The notes beneath the pieces are model-generated. The model was not told where the DNA came from. It worked only from the letters and a program-made list of their open reading frames with translations, and searched no databases. Made by a program: the position numbers and the translations under genes. Below are positions 53,517 through 62,005 of a stretch of DNA of 64,000 nt, one piece after another (position 1 is the stretch's first letter; every line of letters begins with the position of its first letter). This DNA comes from Haloplanus sp. (GTDB lineage: Archaea > Halobacteriota > Halobacteria > Halobacteriales > Haloferacaceae), in contig NZ_JAQCNJ010000072.1 of NCBI RefSeq assembly GCF_028275055.1, positions 4,508 to 68,507 of the forward strand. The letters are read 5' to 3'.

Positions 53517-53810
53517 TTAACCGATTCGACATGGAGCCGGTTTCGCCTGCCGCCCCGACCGGGTCCGGGGTCCCCGACGGACACGACCGCTGATCGACTC
53601 GCGGTCGAGCGTTTCGCCGAGCAACAACGCATCCAGCCGGTCGAGTGCCTCCGGATCGCCCGTCACCCGCTCGATACGCCACCACTGGTCGGTGCTGGGA
53701 CACGAGACAATCGTCTCGGAGCGAAGCGATTCGTTCTCGAGAAATGCGTCGATATACTCGTCGCCCCCCGGTGAGTAGGTCAGCGGGAAGCGACACTCCC
53801 GCACCAGCAT
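53517..53810 (-). pseudogene. Truncated N-terminal fragment of a bacterio-opsin-activator (HTH-10)-type regulator
   Basis: VRECRFPLTYSPGGDEYIDAFLE...WRIERVTGDPEALDRL resembles the family N-terminus; no C-terminal HTH. Confidence 0.55.
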
Positions 53811-54086
53811 ACGTTGGTTCGACTAACCGCTTCGGATCCGCGCGGGAACGCCGACACCGCGACCCGAGCGCGGAGAGTTGTCCTGTGACAAGCACAGCGT
53901 TACCACCGTTCCGTGAGTAGTTGACGGTGGACGTGGATGCCCCGTCCACGCTGTCCGCATCCCGTTTTCTCCCCTTGTTCGACGTGGTCGGACGTCTCGC
54001 CGCCGCTTACCGGTCCTTCCGTCCGCTCTCGGTGCCGGCTCACACGGCTCCCGTGGGATCTTGTCGGTCGATTCCTAACGTCGGAT

Positions 54087-54980
54087 GTGCTCTCAGGCGT
54101 CATTCTCGCCGGTCTCTCGATGTCGCTGACCGGCGGCTATCTCGTCGTGTACAAGCGGTACTTCGTCGACTACCCGACGTTCCTGTATCTCGGGCTCGTC
54201 GAGGGCGCGGCGCTGTGTTGGTACGTCGCCATCGGAACGGCGGTCGGTCGGCCCGTCGTGGCGCTTCCCACCGACTTCGACGCCGTCGCGGTGGCACTTC
54301 TCGGCGGGGTCGTTGCGGTCACCGTCGGCTCGGCCGTCGCGTCCGTCCGGGCGCTCCAGGTCGGCGACGTTTCTTACGTCGCGCCGTTATCGAAACTCGC
54401 CCCTCCGGTCGTTCTCCTTATCGAGGCTGTCGGCCTCGGGACACGCGTCTCCCCGTCACAGATCGCCGGCCTCTGTGCCGTGACCGTCGGCGTCTACCTG
54501 CTCGAAGGCACCGAAACGGGGGAGACGGCCGGCGTGATCGGCCCGTTCCGGCGGCTGGCGGATAGCACGCCTGCACGGCTGGCGCTGGCTTCGGCGGTGC
54601 TCATCGGTGTGGCCGACGTCGGCAAACGGGTGTTGTTGGCCAACGCAACCGTCGAGCCGTCGACGCTGGTCGTCGTGACACTCGCCGGGCTGACGATGGG
54701 GACGCTTCCCATTGGGCTTCGACAGTGGACGGCACGGCCAACGAGACGCACCGCGTGGTTGGGGCTGGCCGTTGTGGGATTGGTGCTCGCGACCGCGGAC
54801 CATCTGACCGCACTCGCACTCGCGACAACCCCGGCGTCGGTCGTCGTTCCCATCCTCAGCGGCCAAGCGCTGGTTGCGGTGGTGCTGGGCGGCAGTCTTC
54901 TCGGCGAAACGGCGACGCGGCGTCGTCTCGTCGCCACCGCGAGCACGTCGCTGGGTATCGTTCTCGTTGTTCTGGGCTGA
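54087..54980 (+). CDS. EamA/DMT family transporter
   Basis: About ten TMs, GDVSYVAPL, LLGE. Confidence 0.88.
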   Translation: MLSGVILAGLSMSLTGGYLVVYKRYFVDYPTFLYLGLVEGAALCWYVAIGTAVGRPVVALPTDFDAVAVALLGGVVAVTVGSAVASVRALQVGDVSYVAPLSKLAPPVVLLIEAVGLGTRVSPSQIAGLCAVTVGVYLLEGTETGETAGVIGPFRRLADSTPARLALASAVLIGVADVGKRVLLANATVEPSTLVVVTLAGLTMGTLPIGLRQWTARPTRRTAWLGLAVVGLVLATADHLTALALATTPASVVVPILSGQALVAVVLGGSLLGETATRRRLVATASTSLGIVLVVLG

Positions 54981-55257
54981 TCGCCAGCGGCGGGCCGTGA
55001 TCGCGGACCGTCGACCGCCCGGCTTCTCCCTAACGGCTCGCCGTGTGTCCGTTTATGAACGTGTGGCCGTACGATGTCGGCCGTTGGACGCCACCGACCC
55101 GGTTCGGCTACCCGCACGGCAGGGCTCGACGGTCGTGCCCGGTAGCTCGCGGGCACGTCGCCGAGCGGTGTCGTCGCCGCCCTGCCACGGAACGCACAAC
55201 AGCGTGGACGGCCCCGAAACGAGCAAGCCAAGTGGTCGGACCGTCTGTAATCTGATA

Positions 55258-56457
55258 GTGTCGCGACCGGCTGACGAGCGGCTGTTCGGAGGCCACTCCG
55301 GGCGGATTCTGTGGAGCCTCGCACTCGCGTGGGCGACGCTGCAGACGGGACGCTTCCTGTTGTCCCCGCTGCTTCCGACCATCATCGACACCTTATCGAT
55401 CACGACCGTGACCGCGGGGCTCGCACTCGGCGGGCTTCAACTCGCCTACGCACTCACCCAGTATCCGAGCGGCCGAATTTCCGACAGTTCGTCGCGCGCG
55501 GCGCTCGTTCTGCCGGGCATCGGTGTGTCGATCGGCGCGTTTCTCCTCGTCGCCGTCACCTCAACCTACGGCATGTTCGTCGTTGCAACGCTGCTCGTCG
55601 GCGCCGGCAAGGGCCTGTTCGCGATCCCGTCGCGAGCGTTGCTGTCGGACCTGTTCGTCAACCGGCGTGGTCAAGCGCTGGGTATCTACACGGCCGGGAC
55701 CGACGGCGGCGGACTGCTCGCGGCCGGGGTCGCGTTCGTCATCGTCGGCGGCACGACGGTGTTGGCGACCGTCACACCGACGTGGCGGCTCCCGTTCGGT
55801 GCCATCGCGGCCGCGCTGATCGCGAGTGGCCTTCTCTACGTCGTCTGGAACCACGAACCGCTCCGCATCGACCGTCCGCCGGTCGCGCTCGTGAGGACCT
55901 TGCGGCGATTGTTCGCCACCCGCCGCCAACGCGGCCTCCTGTTGGCGTTTTCCCTGTTTTACTTTACGATCGGCGCGTGGATCAACTTTCTCCCGACGTA
56001 CCTCAGCGACGCGAAAGAACTCTCGGCCCCGCTCCCACAGCTTTTGTTTGCCGTCGTCTTCGCCGTCGGCATCACGATCAAACCGGTCGCCGGCGCGTTG
56101 TCGGACCGTCTCCCGCGCCGGCTGGTCGCCGTGACCGGTCTCATGCTCGCGGCCGGTGCTCTCGGACTCGTGATCACCGCCCGGTCGGTGACCACCATCG
56201 CCGCCGCGATTGGTCTGTTCGCGGTCGGATACAAAACACAGTTTCCCATCATCGACGCGCTCGTTCTCGACACCGCCCCCGATGACAACCTCGGTGGCGA
56301 CCTCGGTGCGGCCCGGACGTTCTTTCTCGCCATCGGCGCGCTCGGACCGGTGTACATGGGAACCGCCGCGGCCACCGTCGGCTACGATCGTGCATTAGGT
56401 GGGCTTGCCCTCTGTCTCGTCGTGACCGCGGCGGTTCTTTGCCGTGATATGCGCTGA
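55258..56457 (+). CDS. MFS transporter
   Basis: QYPSGRISD, GALSDRLPRR; about twelve TMs. Confidence 0.92.
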   Translation: MSRPADERLFGGHSGRILWSLALAWATLQTGRFLLSPLLPTIIDTLSITTVTAGLALGGLQLAYALTQYPSGRISDSSSRAALVLPGIGVSIGAFLLVAVTSTYGMFVVATLLVGAGKGLFAIPSRALLSDLFVNRRGQALGIYTAGTDGGGLLAAGVAFVIVGGTTVLATVTPTWRLPFGAIAAALIASGLLYVVWNHEPLRIDRPPVALVRTLRRLFATRRQRGLLLAFSLFYFTIGAWINFLPTYLSDAKELSAPLPQLLFAVVFAVGITIKPVAGALSDRLPRRLVAVTGLMLAAGALGLVITARSVTTIAAAIGLFAVGYKTQFPIIDALVLDTAPDDNLGGDLGAARTFFLAIGALGPVYMGTAAATVGYDRALGGLALCLVVTAAVLCRDMR

Positions 56458-56563
56458 CACCACACAGCCGGCTGTTTCCGGCCGCCCCTCCCGGCACGTC
56501 CCGATCCCGCTCATACCACCCCACCGGCGGCCCGTCACCCCGGTCTCACCGCGAGACCGTCGA

Positions 56564-57214
56564 TCACAACGAATACGTTTGGATCGTTGTCGCGGCCGAC
56601 CCCCAGTTCGAGGTGAGGTCGTACGCCACGATGGCGACCTCCTCGACGGTCATCGCGGGCAACTGTGGATCGCGATGCCTTTCGAGAAAGGCGATCAACT
56701 GGTCGTACTCCTCGGCCCCGTCGAAGTACCCCAGCGTGAGATGCGGAATGAACTGCTGACCGTCGCGGTCGCCCGTGGTCGTCCACGGCTGGTCACAGAC
56801 CGCCCGATTGAGGTCCGTGAGCGCTCCGCCGGCGTCAACCTCCGCATAAACCGTGTCGGGAAACAGGTTCAGCCGCGGGAACTCGATGGTGAACGGCTCA
56901 CGGTCGTCGACGATTCCGGCGACGCTGTCGGCGATCTGTGCGGCCGAGATGGGCGACGAGTCGCCCTCCGTCGCGACGGTCGGCGCGTGGTCGAACAGTT
57001 TGACCGTGAGGTGGAGTTCGTCCGGCGGCATCAGTTTCAGGCACCGAAACTCCGACAGACGAGCGTGGAGTCGACGGTACTCCGATGATACCTGCGACTC
57101 CGCAAGGTCGACCAACAACGCGAGTCGCTGGTCACCGTCGGCGACGACAGGCGGGTTCGGCGACGGCGTTATTTCCCGCCGCCGCTCCCAATACTCGTCC
57201 GGATCTGACGCCAT
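56564..57214 (-). CDS. 2H phosphoesterase (2'-5' RNA ligase family)
   Basis: Two HxT motifs: LHLTVK and PHLTLG. Confidence 0.9.
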   Translation of the reverse strand: MASDPDEYWERRREITPSPNPPVVADGDQRLALLVDLAESQVSSEYRRLHARLSEFRCLKLMPPDELHLTVKLFDHAPTVATEGDSSPISAAQIADSVAGIVDDREPFTIEFPRLNLFPDTVYAEVDAGGALTDLNRAVCDQPWTTTGDRDGQQFIPHLTLGYFDGAEEYDQLIAFLERHRDPQLPAMTVEEVAIVAYDLTSNWGSAATTIQTYSL

Positions 57215-57629
57215 TCTGTCGTCGTGCATTCAGCCTGCCTTCGGTTAGGAATCGTTCTGTATAACTGCTTGGCTGGTATCGAACGCACCGTCCGGATACG
57301 TCGATCTCGCCCACAGACGAGCACACATGCCCGACTTTTCGCGGTGTCCGGGTCGACGTAGCCACCCGTTTCGGAGGGCCGGCCGGCCTGCCGTTCGACC
57401 GTGTTTCGAGTCGTCCGGGTACGTGGTTGGATTAAGCCCCGAGGCGACGGCAGACCGCCCTGCAACCGGGGTTTACGATCAGCGGGACGTTTTTCACCGT
57501 GTCCGGCGCGGTCCGGACAGGCACGCCTCACCGTTCCCGCCGAGCGAAGCGGCGACGAGGGGAACCGGCCGAAATCCGGCGTCTCGGTCGTCTCGATGCG
57601 GGAGCGGCCGGCCACACGGTGTCGGCCGT

Positions 57630-58145
57630 TCACCGCAGGTCGTCGACCGAACTCATCGTCTCCGCCAGCGCGTCGCGTTTGGCAACCGTCGCGCTCGATT
57701 CGGGTTCGAGAACACCCGCGACGGCGTCGGTCAGTTCGGGGACAGCGTCGTGTGTCTCCACGTACGTCGCCAGCGCGAAGTCCGCCTCGTCGGCGCCGAC
57801 GAGGTCGACGGCCTCCGAGCGCGGGAGGTCGCCGTTCAACCAGTCGCGGACGATTTTCCGCGCCGTTGGCGCGAGCGGCGACACTCCCCCGATACCGCAC
57901 CGGTGAAGCAGTTTGGCGGCCGTCATCGGTGCGATGCCTGCCTCACGAGCGCAGTCGCCGACGCTCGTTCCGGCGGCGTACGTCTCGAGAACCACCGCCG
58001 CCGCCTCGGGGGTGCAGGGAAGGACCGTCGAGTGCTCGTCGAGACGGGCTGTCAAATCCCCTCTCGTCGCGTCTACCGTCGGCACCCCGCGGTCGCGCTG
58101 CCGGTCGCGAACCTCGATTCCCTCGGCGATGTCCGAGAGGCCCAT
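57630..58145 (-). CDS. Conserved haloarchaeal protein with HTH-like segment
   Basis: MGLSDIAEG; SVGDCAREAGIAPMTAAKLLHRCG. Confidence 0.8.
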   Translation of the reverse strand: MGLSDIAEGIEVRDRQRDRGVPTVDATRGDLTARLDEHSTVLPCTPEAAAVVLETYAAGTSVGDCAREAGIAPMTAAKLLHRCGIGGVSPLAPTARKIVRDWLNGDLPRSEAVDLVGADEADFALATYVETHDAVPELTDAVAGVLEPESSATVAKRDALAETMSSVDDLR

Positions 58146-58206
58146 TGATCCACAATGGTGGACCGGTCCATCTAAAAGTTACCTCCTATGGGGGCGTGTT
58201 CTCAAG

Positions 58207-58229
58207 AGCATACCGGTTACCGGTATGCT
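58207..58229. promoter_or_regulatory. 23-bp palindrome in divergent promoter region
   Basis: AGCATACCGGT-T-ACCGGTATGCT; second palindrome TGGACCGGTCCA at 58159-58170; tfb TATA TTTAAATA at 58272. Confidence 0.7.
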
Positions 58230-58303
58230 TGTCGCCGTCTTCGACGCCGATACATCCCGTTCCCGACCCCGTTTAAATACACCATCGGGACCAATCTTCG
58301 ACT

Positions 58304-59170
58304 GTGATGAGCCAGACACGCGAGACGGAGTGTCCGGAGTGCAGCGGACAGCTAAACGCCGACGGTACGGAGACGGTCTGTAGCCGGTGCGGGCTGGTCG
58401 TCGACGAGTACCGCATCGACCACGGCCCGGAGTGGCGGTCCTTCGCGGACGACGAGGGACAACCCGAGCGGACGGGCGCACCCCTGACACAGTCGCGCCA
58501 CGACCGCGGACTCTCGACGGATATCGGACGGTCGACCCGAATCAAAGGGCGTAAGCGGCGGCGACTCTCCCGAATGCGTACCCAACACAACCGCGCACAG
58601 ATCTCGACGAAACGCGAGCGCAACCAGGTGTACGCCTTCACCGAAATCCGTCGACTCGTCGGTGCGCTCGAACTCCCGAGACACGTCCGCGAGTCGGCGT
58701 GCTCGCTGTTCCGTTCGGCACAGGATGCCGACCTCCTCCGGGGGCGGTCGCTCGAAGGATTCGCCTCGGCGACGGTGTACGCCACCTGTCGGGTGTGTTC
58801 CGTCTCCCGGACCGTCGGGGAGGTCGTCGACGCCGCAAAGGCGACCGAGAACGAACACCGGGCGGCATACCGTGCGCTCAACCGCGAACTCGACGTGGCG
58901 ACCGGTCCGATCCACCCCGTCGAGTACGTCCCCCGGTACGCCAGCGAACTCGACGTCTGCGCGTCGGTCCGCCGGCGGGCCGAGTCGTACGCGCGCGACC
59001 TTCGCGAGTCCGGCGACGCTACAGGCCGGAACCCGAGCGGCGTCGCGGCGGCGTGTCTCTACACGGCCGCACATGACACCGGCGCGCCGCTCACCCAGGA
59101 AGCTGCGGCGGAGGTGGCCGGTGTCACACCCGTCACCGTTCGGAACACCTACCGGCTGTTACAGGACTGA
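58304..59170 (+). CDS. tfb: Transcription initiation factor IIB
   Basis: CPEC..CSRCG Zn ribbon, IDHGPEWRSF, GRS and GRNP cyclin repeats. Confidence 0.95.
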   Translation: MMSQTRETECPECSGQLNADGTETVCSRCGLVVDEYRIDHGPEWRSFADDEGQPERTGAPLTQSRHDRGLSTDIGRSTRIKGRKRRRLSRMRTQHNRAQISTKRERNQVYAFTEIRRLVGALELPRHVRESACSLFRSAQDADLLRGRSLEGFASATVYATCRVCSVSRTVGEVVDAAKATENEHRAAYRALNRELDVATGPIHPVEYVPRYASELDVCASVRRRAESYARDLRESGDATGRNPSGVAAACLYTAAHDTGAPLTQEAAAEVAGVTPVTVRNTYRLLQD

Positions 59171-59802
59171 ACCCTCGCCGCGAGCGACCGGAACGCGTCG
59201 GCTGCGATCGACGATCCCGCAGTTTCAACGACCGGTCGCCCCTCACGGACGGACCGGCCGACCCGGGGATCGGCGGGCACCGTCGACACCGGCGCGCCGA
59301 GGGTCCGGCGGAACACGTCCTCTGGCGGGTCATCGGCATCGGTCGTTCGGTTGAGTGCGACGCCAACGAGTCCGGTGTCGAGTTCGCGAGCTAGTTCTCT
59401 GGTCCGTATCGCGTCCGCGAGCGCAAACCGCCGCGGCGACACGACGACCACGCAGGCGTTCGCGGCCGCCACGGGGACGCCGACATCGGCCCGGAGCCCC
59501 GCGGGACAGTCCACGATAACGTCGCCATACTCGCGCTTGACCTGCCGTAGAGCGTCGGCCAGTCGGCGCACGTCCGCCGCGCGCGCCCCGGCGAGCGACC
59601 GGCCACAGGGCAAAAGCGACACCGCTCCGCCCCGGACCGCCTCCGTCGCCGTTGCCCGTCCCGCGAGAACGTCGTGGAGGCCCGGCCCGCGACCTTCGGG
59701 GAGGTCGGCGTCGACGACAACGGCGTCGAGAGCCGCCCCGAGGTTGTACGCGACAGTCGTCTTTCCCACACCCCCTTTGCCGGCGGCGACAGCGACGATC
59801 AC
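59149..59802 (-). CDS. MinD/ParA family ATPase
   Basis: GKGGVGKTT, VDAD, VDCPAG, LNR; GTGA overlap with upstream gene. Confidence 0.9.
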   Translation of the reverse strand: MIVAVAAGKGGVGKTTVAYNLGAALDAVVVDADLPEGRGPGLHDVLAGRATATEAVRGGAVSLLPCGRSLAGARAADVRRLADALRQVKREYGDVIVDCPAGLRADVGVPVAAANACVVVVSPRRFALADAIRTRELARELDTGLVGVALNRTTDADDPPEDVFRRTLGAPVSTVPADPRVGRSVREGRPVVETAGSSIAADAFRSLAARVQSCNSR

Positions 59803-60485
59803 GACAGCCTCCGGAGCGCCTCGACCGGGATATCGACCGCTTCCGCTCGTTCTACCAGCGCCGTCGCCCGCGCCGCGACCGTCCGCAACGCCACCGCGTC
59901 GGTCGCCACCCGAGCGTCGAGGTCGGCGACATCCTGACCATCGGCCGCGATCGTCTTCACCCCGCCGACGGCAGTCACGACGGACGCGTCGGTCAATCGT
60001 TCGCCCCGTTCGATACGCCGCTCGACCGCCGCTAGCCACGACGCGACGGGGGCCGGCGGGCTGTCGCCCCGCCCACCCGCGTCCGTGTCGCTTCCGCCAC
60101 CGTCACCGCCGTCCGGCGGCGCGTCCGGCACCGCGTCCGCCGGCGGGCGCGGGTCGGCGAGTTCCCGAACGGCGGTCTCGGTGTCGTCGGTTGGTCTTTC
60201 GCTCGCCCGTCCCTCGTTGACGACCGACACCGGCGGCTGACCCGGCGCCGCGGGGCAAGCGTATCCAAGCGAGAGTCGCCCGCCCGCGGGCACGACACCG
60301 GTGAACCCGTCCCGATCCCAGCCCGGGTCGGGCACACCGGCCCGACGAGGCGGGAGAACGGGACCGTCCAGTCGGTTGTCGACCCGGACCTGTCGGTCCA
60401 CCGGATCTGGGTTCCGGAGTTCGACCGTCACGAGACGTACATCGTCCCGGCCGTCGAGGCCACTGACGGACCAGTCGGTGTCCAT
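59799..60485 (-). CDS. Conserved haloarchaeal hypothetical protein
   Basis: NRLDGPVLPPRRAGVP..W, LGYAC, LADPRPP. Confidence 0.8.
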   Translation of the reverse strand: MDTDWSVSGLDGRDDVRLVTVELRNPDPVDRQVRVDNRLDGPVLPPRRAGVPDPGWDRDGFTGVVPAGGRLSLGYACPAAPGQPPVSVVNEGRASERPTDDTETAVRELADPRPPADAVPDAPPDGGDGGGSDTDAGGRGDSPPAPVASWLAAVERRIERGERLTDASVVTAVGGVKTIAADGQDVADLDARVATDAVALRTVAARATALVERAEAVDIPVEALRRLS

Positions 60486-60502
60486 GCCCCGAGGTGGCCG
60501 CG

Positions 60503-61327
60503 TCACCGCGTATAAATAACCGGCGCGTCCAGCAGCCTCGCCGCCGCGCCGGCCCCGGACACGTGATCGACCCCGTCGACGACCACCGGCGCGTCGAGCG
60601 GCGCGAGGCGGGCTACGGCGAGTGCGGCAGTCAGTCGGTCGCCGTCGAACTCGCCCGGCGTCGCACCGACCGTCGCGTTTCCGGGCACGGCACGAACCGC
60701 CGACCGGAACCGGTCCCACACCGCCGCCGCTAGGTCGCGACGGACCTCGCGTTCGCGGTTGGCGACCCGGTCTTCGAGTTTGAGGCAACGCTCCCGCCGG
60801 TCGCGGGCCTCCCTGGCCGCCCGCTCCGCGCGCTCAAGCGCCTGCTCGGCAGCGATGCGCTCGGTCTCGGCCTCCGAGAGCTGGCGCGTCGCCTCATCCA
60901 GTTTCGCCTCGACGGCCGTGGCGTCCGCCCCCATCTCGCGCCGTGCCCGTAGCCGCCCCCTGAGTTCGGCGACGCGTTCACGCAGACGCTCCTCCTCGGA
61001 CCCGGCCTCGGCGACCCGCCGCCGTACCGCCCGCATATCGACCGGCGGCGGCGACAGCGCCGCCAGTTCCGCCCGGGCGTTCTCCAACTCGTCCCGCGTG
61101 GCCGACTCGTGGCCGAGCGCACGGGCCGCCGCGGCGAGTGCGTCCCGCCGGTCGAACGACGCCGGCGGGAGAATCGAGACGTGGTCGTGGACCGGACCGG
61201 GTGTGGGACAGTCGACACGCGGCGACGCGTCTTGACCCCTGATCGCCCGCACCAACTCCTCCCCTGCCACGCCCGTCACGTCGATGGCGACACCCTCGTG
61301 ACTCTCGCCGTCGATACACACGCGCAT
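60503..61327 (-). CDS. Conserved coiled-coil protein
   Basis: Long central heptad region flanked by small globular ends. Confidence 0.8.
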   Translation of the reverse strand: MRVCIDGESHEGVAIDVTGVAGEELVRAIRGQDASPRVDCPTPGPVHDHVSILPPASFDRRDALAAAARALGHESATRDELENARAELAALSPPPVDMRAVRRRVAEAGSEEERLRERVAELRGRLRARREMGADATAVEAKLDEATRQLSEAETERIAAEQALERAERAAREARDRRERCLKLEDRVANREREVRRDLAAAVWDRFRSAVRAVPGNATVGATPGEFDGDRLTAALAVARLAPLDAPVVVDGVDHVSGAGAAARLLDAPVIYTR

Positions 61328-61331
61328 CCCA

Positions 61332-61670
61332 CTACAGGTCGCTGTCACGCATGGCGTCTGGCTGCGGATGGCCGGTCCCCGCTGCGAACTTGTCGTACGG
61401 CGTCGTCGCAGCCTTGCGGTTCTCGTATGCGGCCGCAGCCTCTCGAACCGACTCGGGGACGGCCTCGAACTCGTTGAGTGGGCTGGTGCGCTCGATCTGT
61501 ACGTCATCGCCGTGTTTCTCCCGGAGTCGCAGGGAGAGAAACGCGCCCAGTTCCGTCTCTTTGAACAACGCCGCCCGGCCCAGCCGTCGGACGACCGTCG
61601 CCTCGTGGCTCCGGCAGCTGTTGCGGAGTGTGGTGCGTGCGCCCTGCGAGTAGGTAACGACAAGCAACAC
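61332..61670 (-). CDS. Conserved haloarchaeal hypothetical protein
   Basis: LLVVTYSQGARTTLRN...TPYDKFAAGT; GTG start inferred. Confidence 0.78.
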   Translation of the reverse strand: MLLVVTYSQGARTTLRNSCRSHEATVVRRLGRAALFKETELGAFLSLRLREKHGDDVQIERTSPLNEFEAVPESVREAAAAYENRKAATTPYDKFAAGTGHPQPDAMRDSDL

Positions 61671-61720
61671 GACGAGCACGTGTCGGCACTGCGATGCTAA
61701 CACTGTCGGAACCGGCAGCC

Positions 61721-62005
61721 TCAGCCGATACGCTCGACCTCGAACGCGGCGGGTGGGTCGGACGCGTGGTCGCGGATCCGTTCTCGCGCCTCGGCGTGTG
61801 ATGATGCGATTACGACCACGCCGTCGACGGCGTCGGCTCCTTGGCCGACGTACGCCGCACGACCCGTCTCGTCGTCGAAGTCTGTGGCGTATGTCCGGAG
61901 CGCCGCAAGCACCCGTTCTTCGGTCGTCGCGAGGTCCGCCTCCCCGTTCTCGAACGACCGGAGCGCCCGTTCGACGTTCCGAATCGTGGAGATGCGGTCC
62001 ATCAC
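61721..62005 (-). CDS. Conserved small protein translationally coupled to mcm
   Basis: MDRISTIRNVE...RTYATDF; start overlaps mcm stop. Confidence 0.82.
   Translation of the reverse strand: MMDRISTIRNVERALRSFENGEADLATTEERVLAALRTYATDFDDETGRAAYVGQGADAVDGVVVIASSHAEARERIRDHASDPPAAFEVERIG

Noticed and set aside
56564-57214. 2H phosphoesterase as an anti-defence or cyclic-nucleotide signalling component
   Set aside because: No cyclase, effector or viral genes nearby to support it
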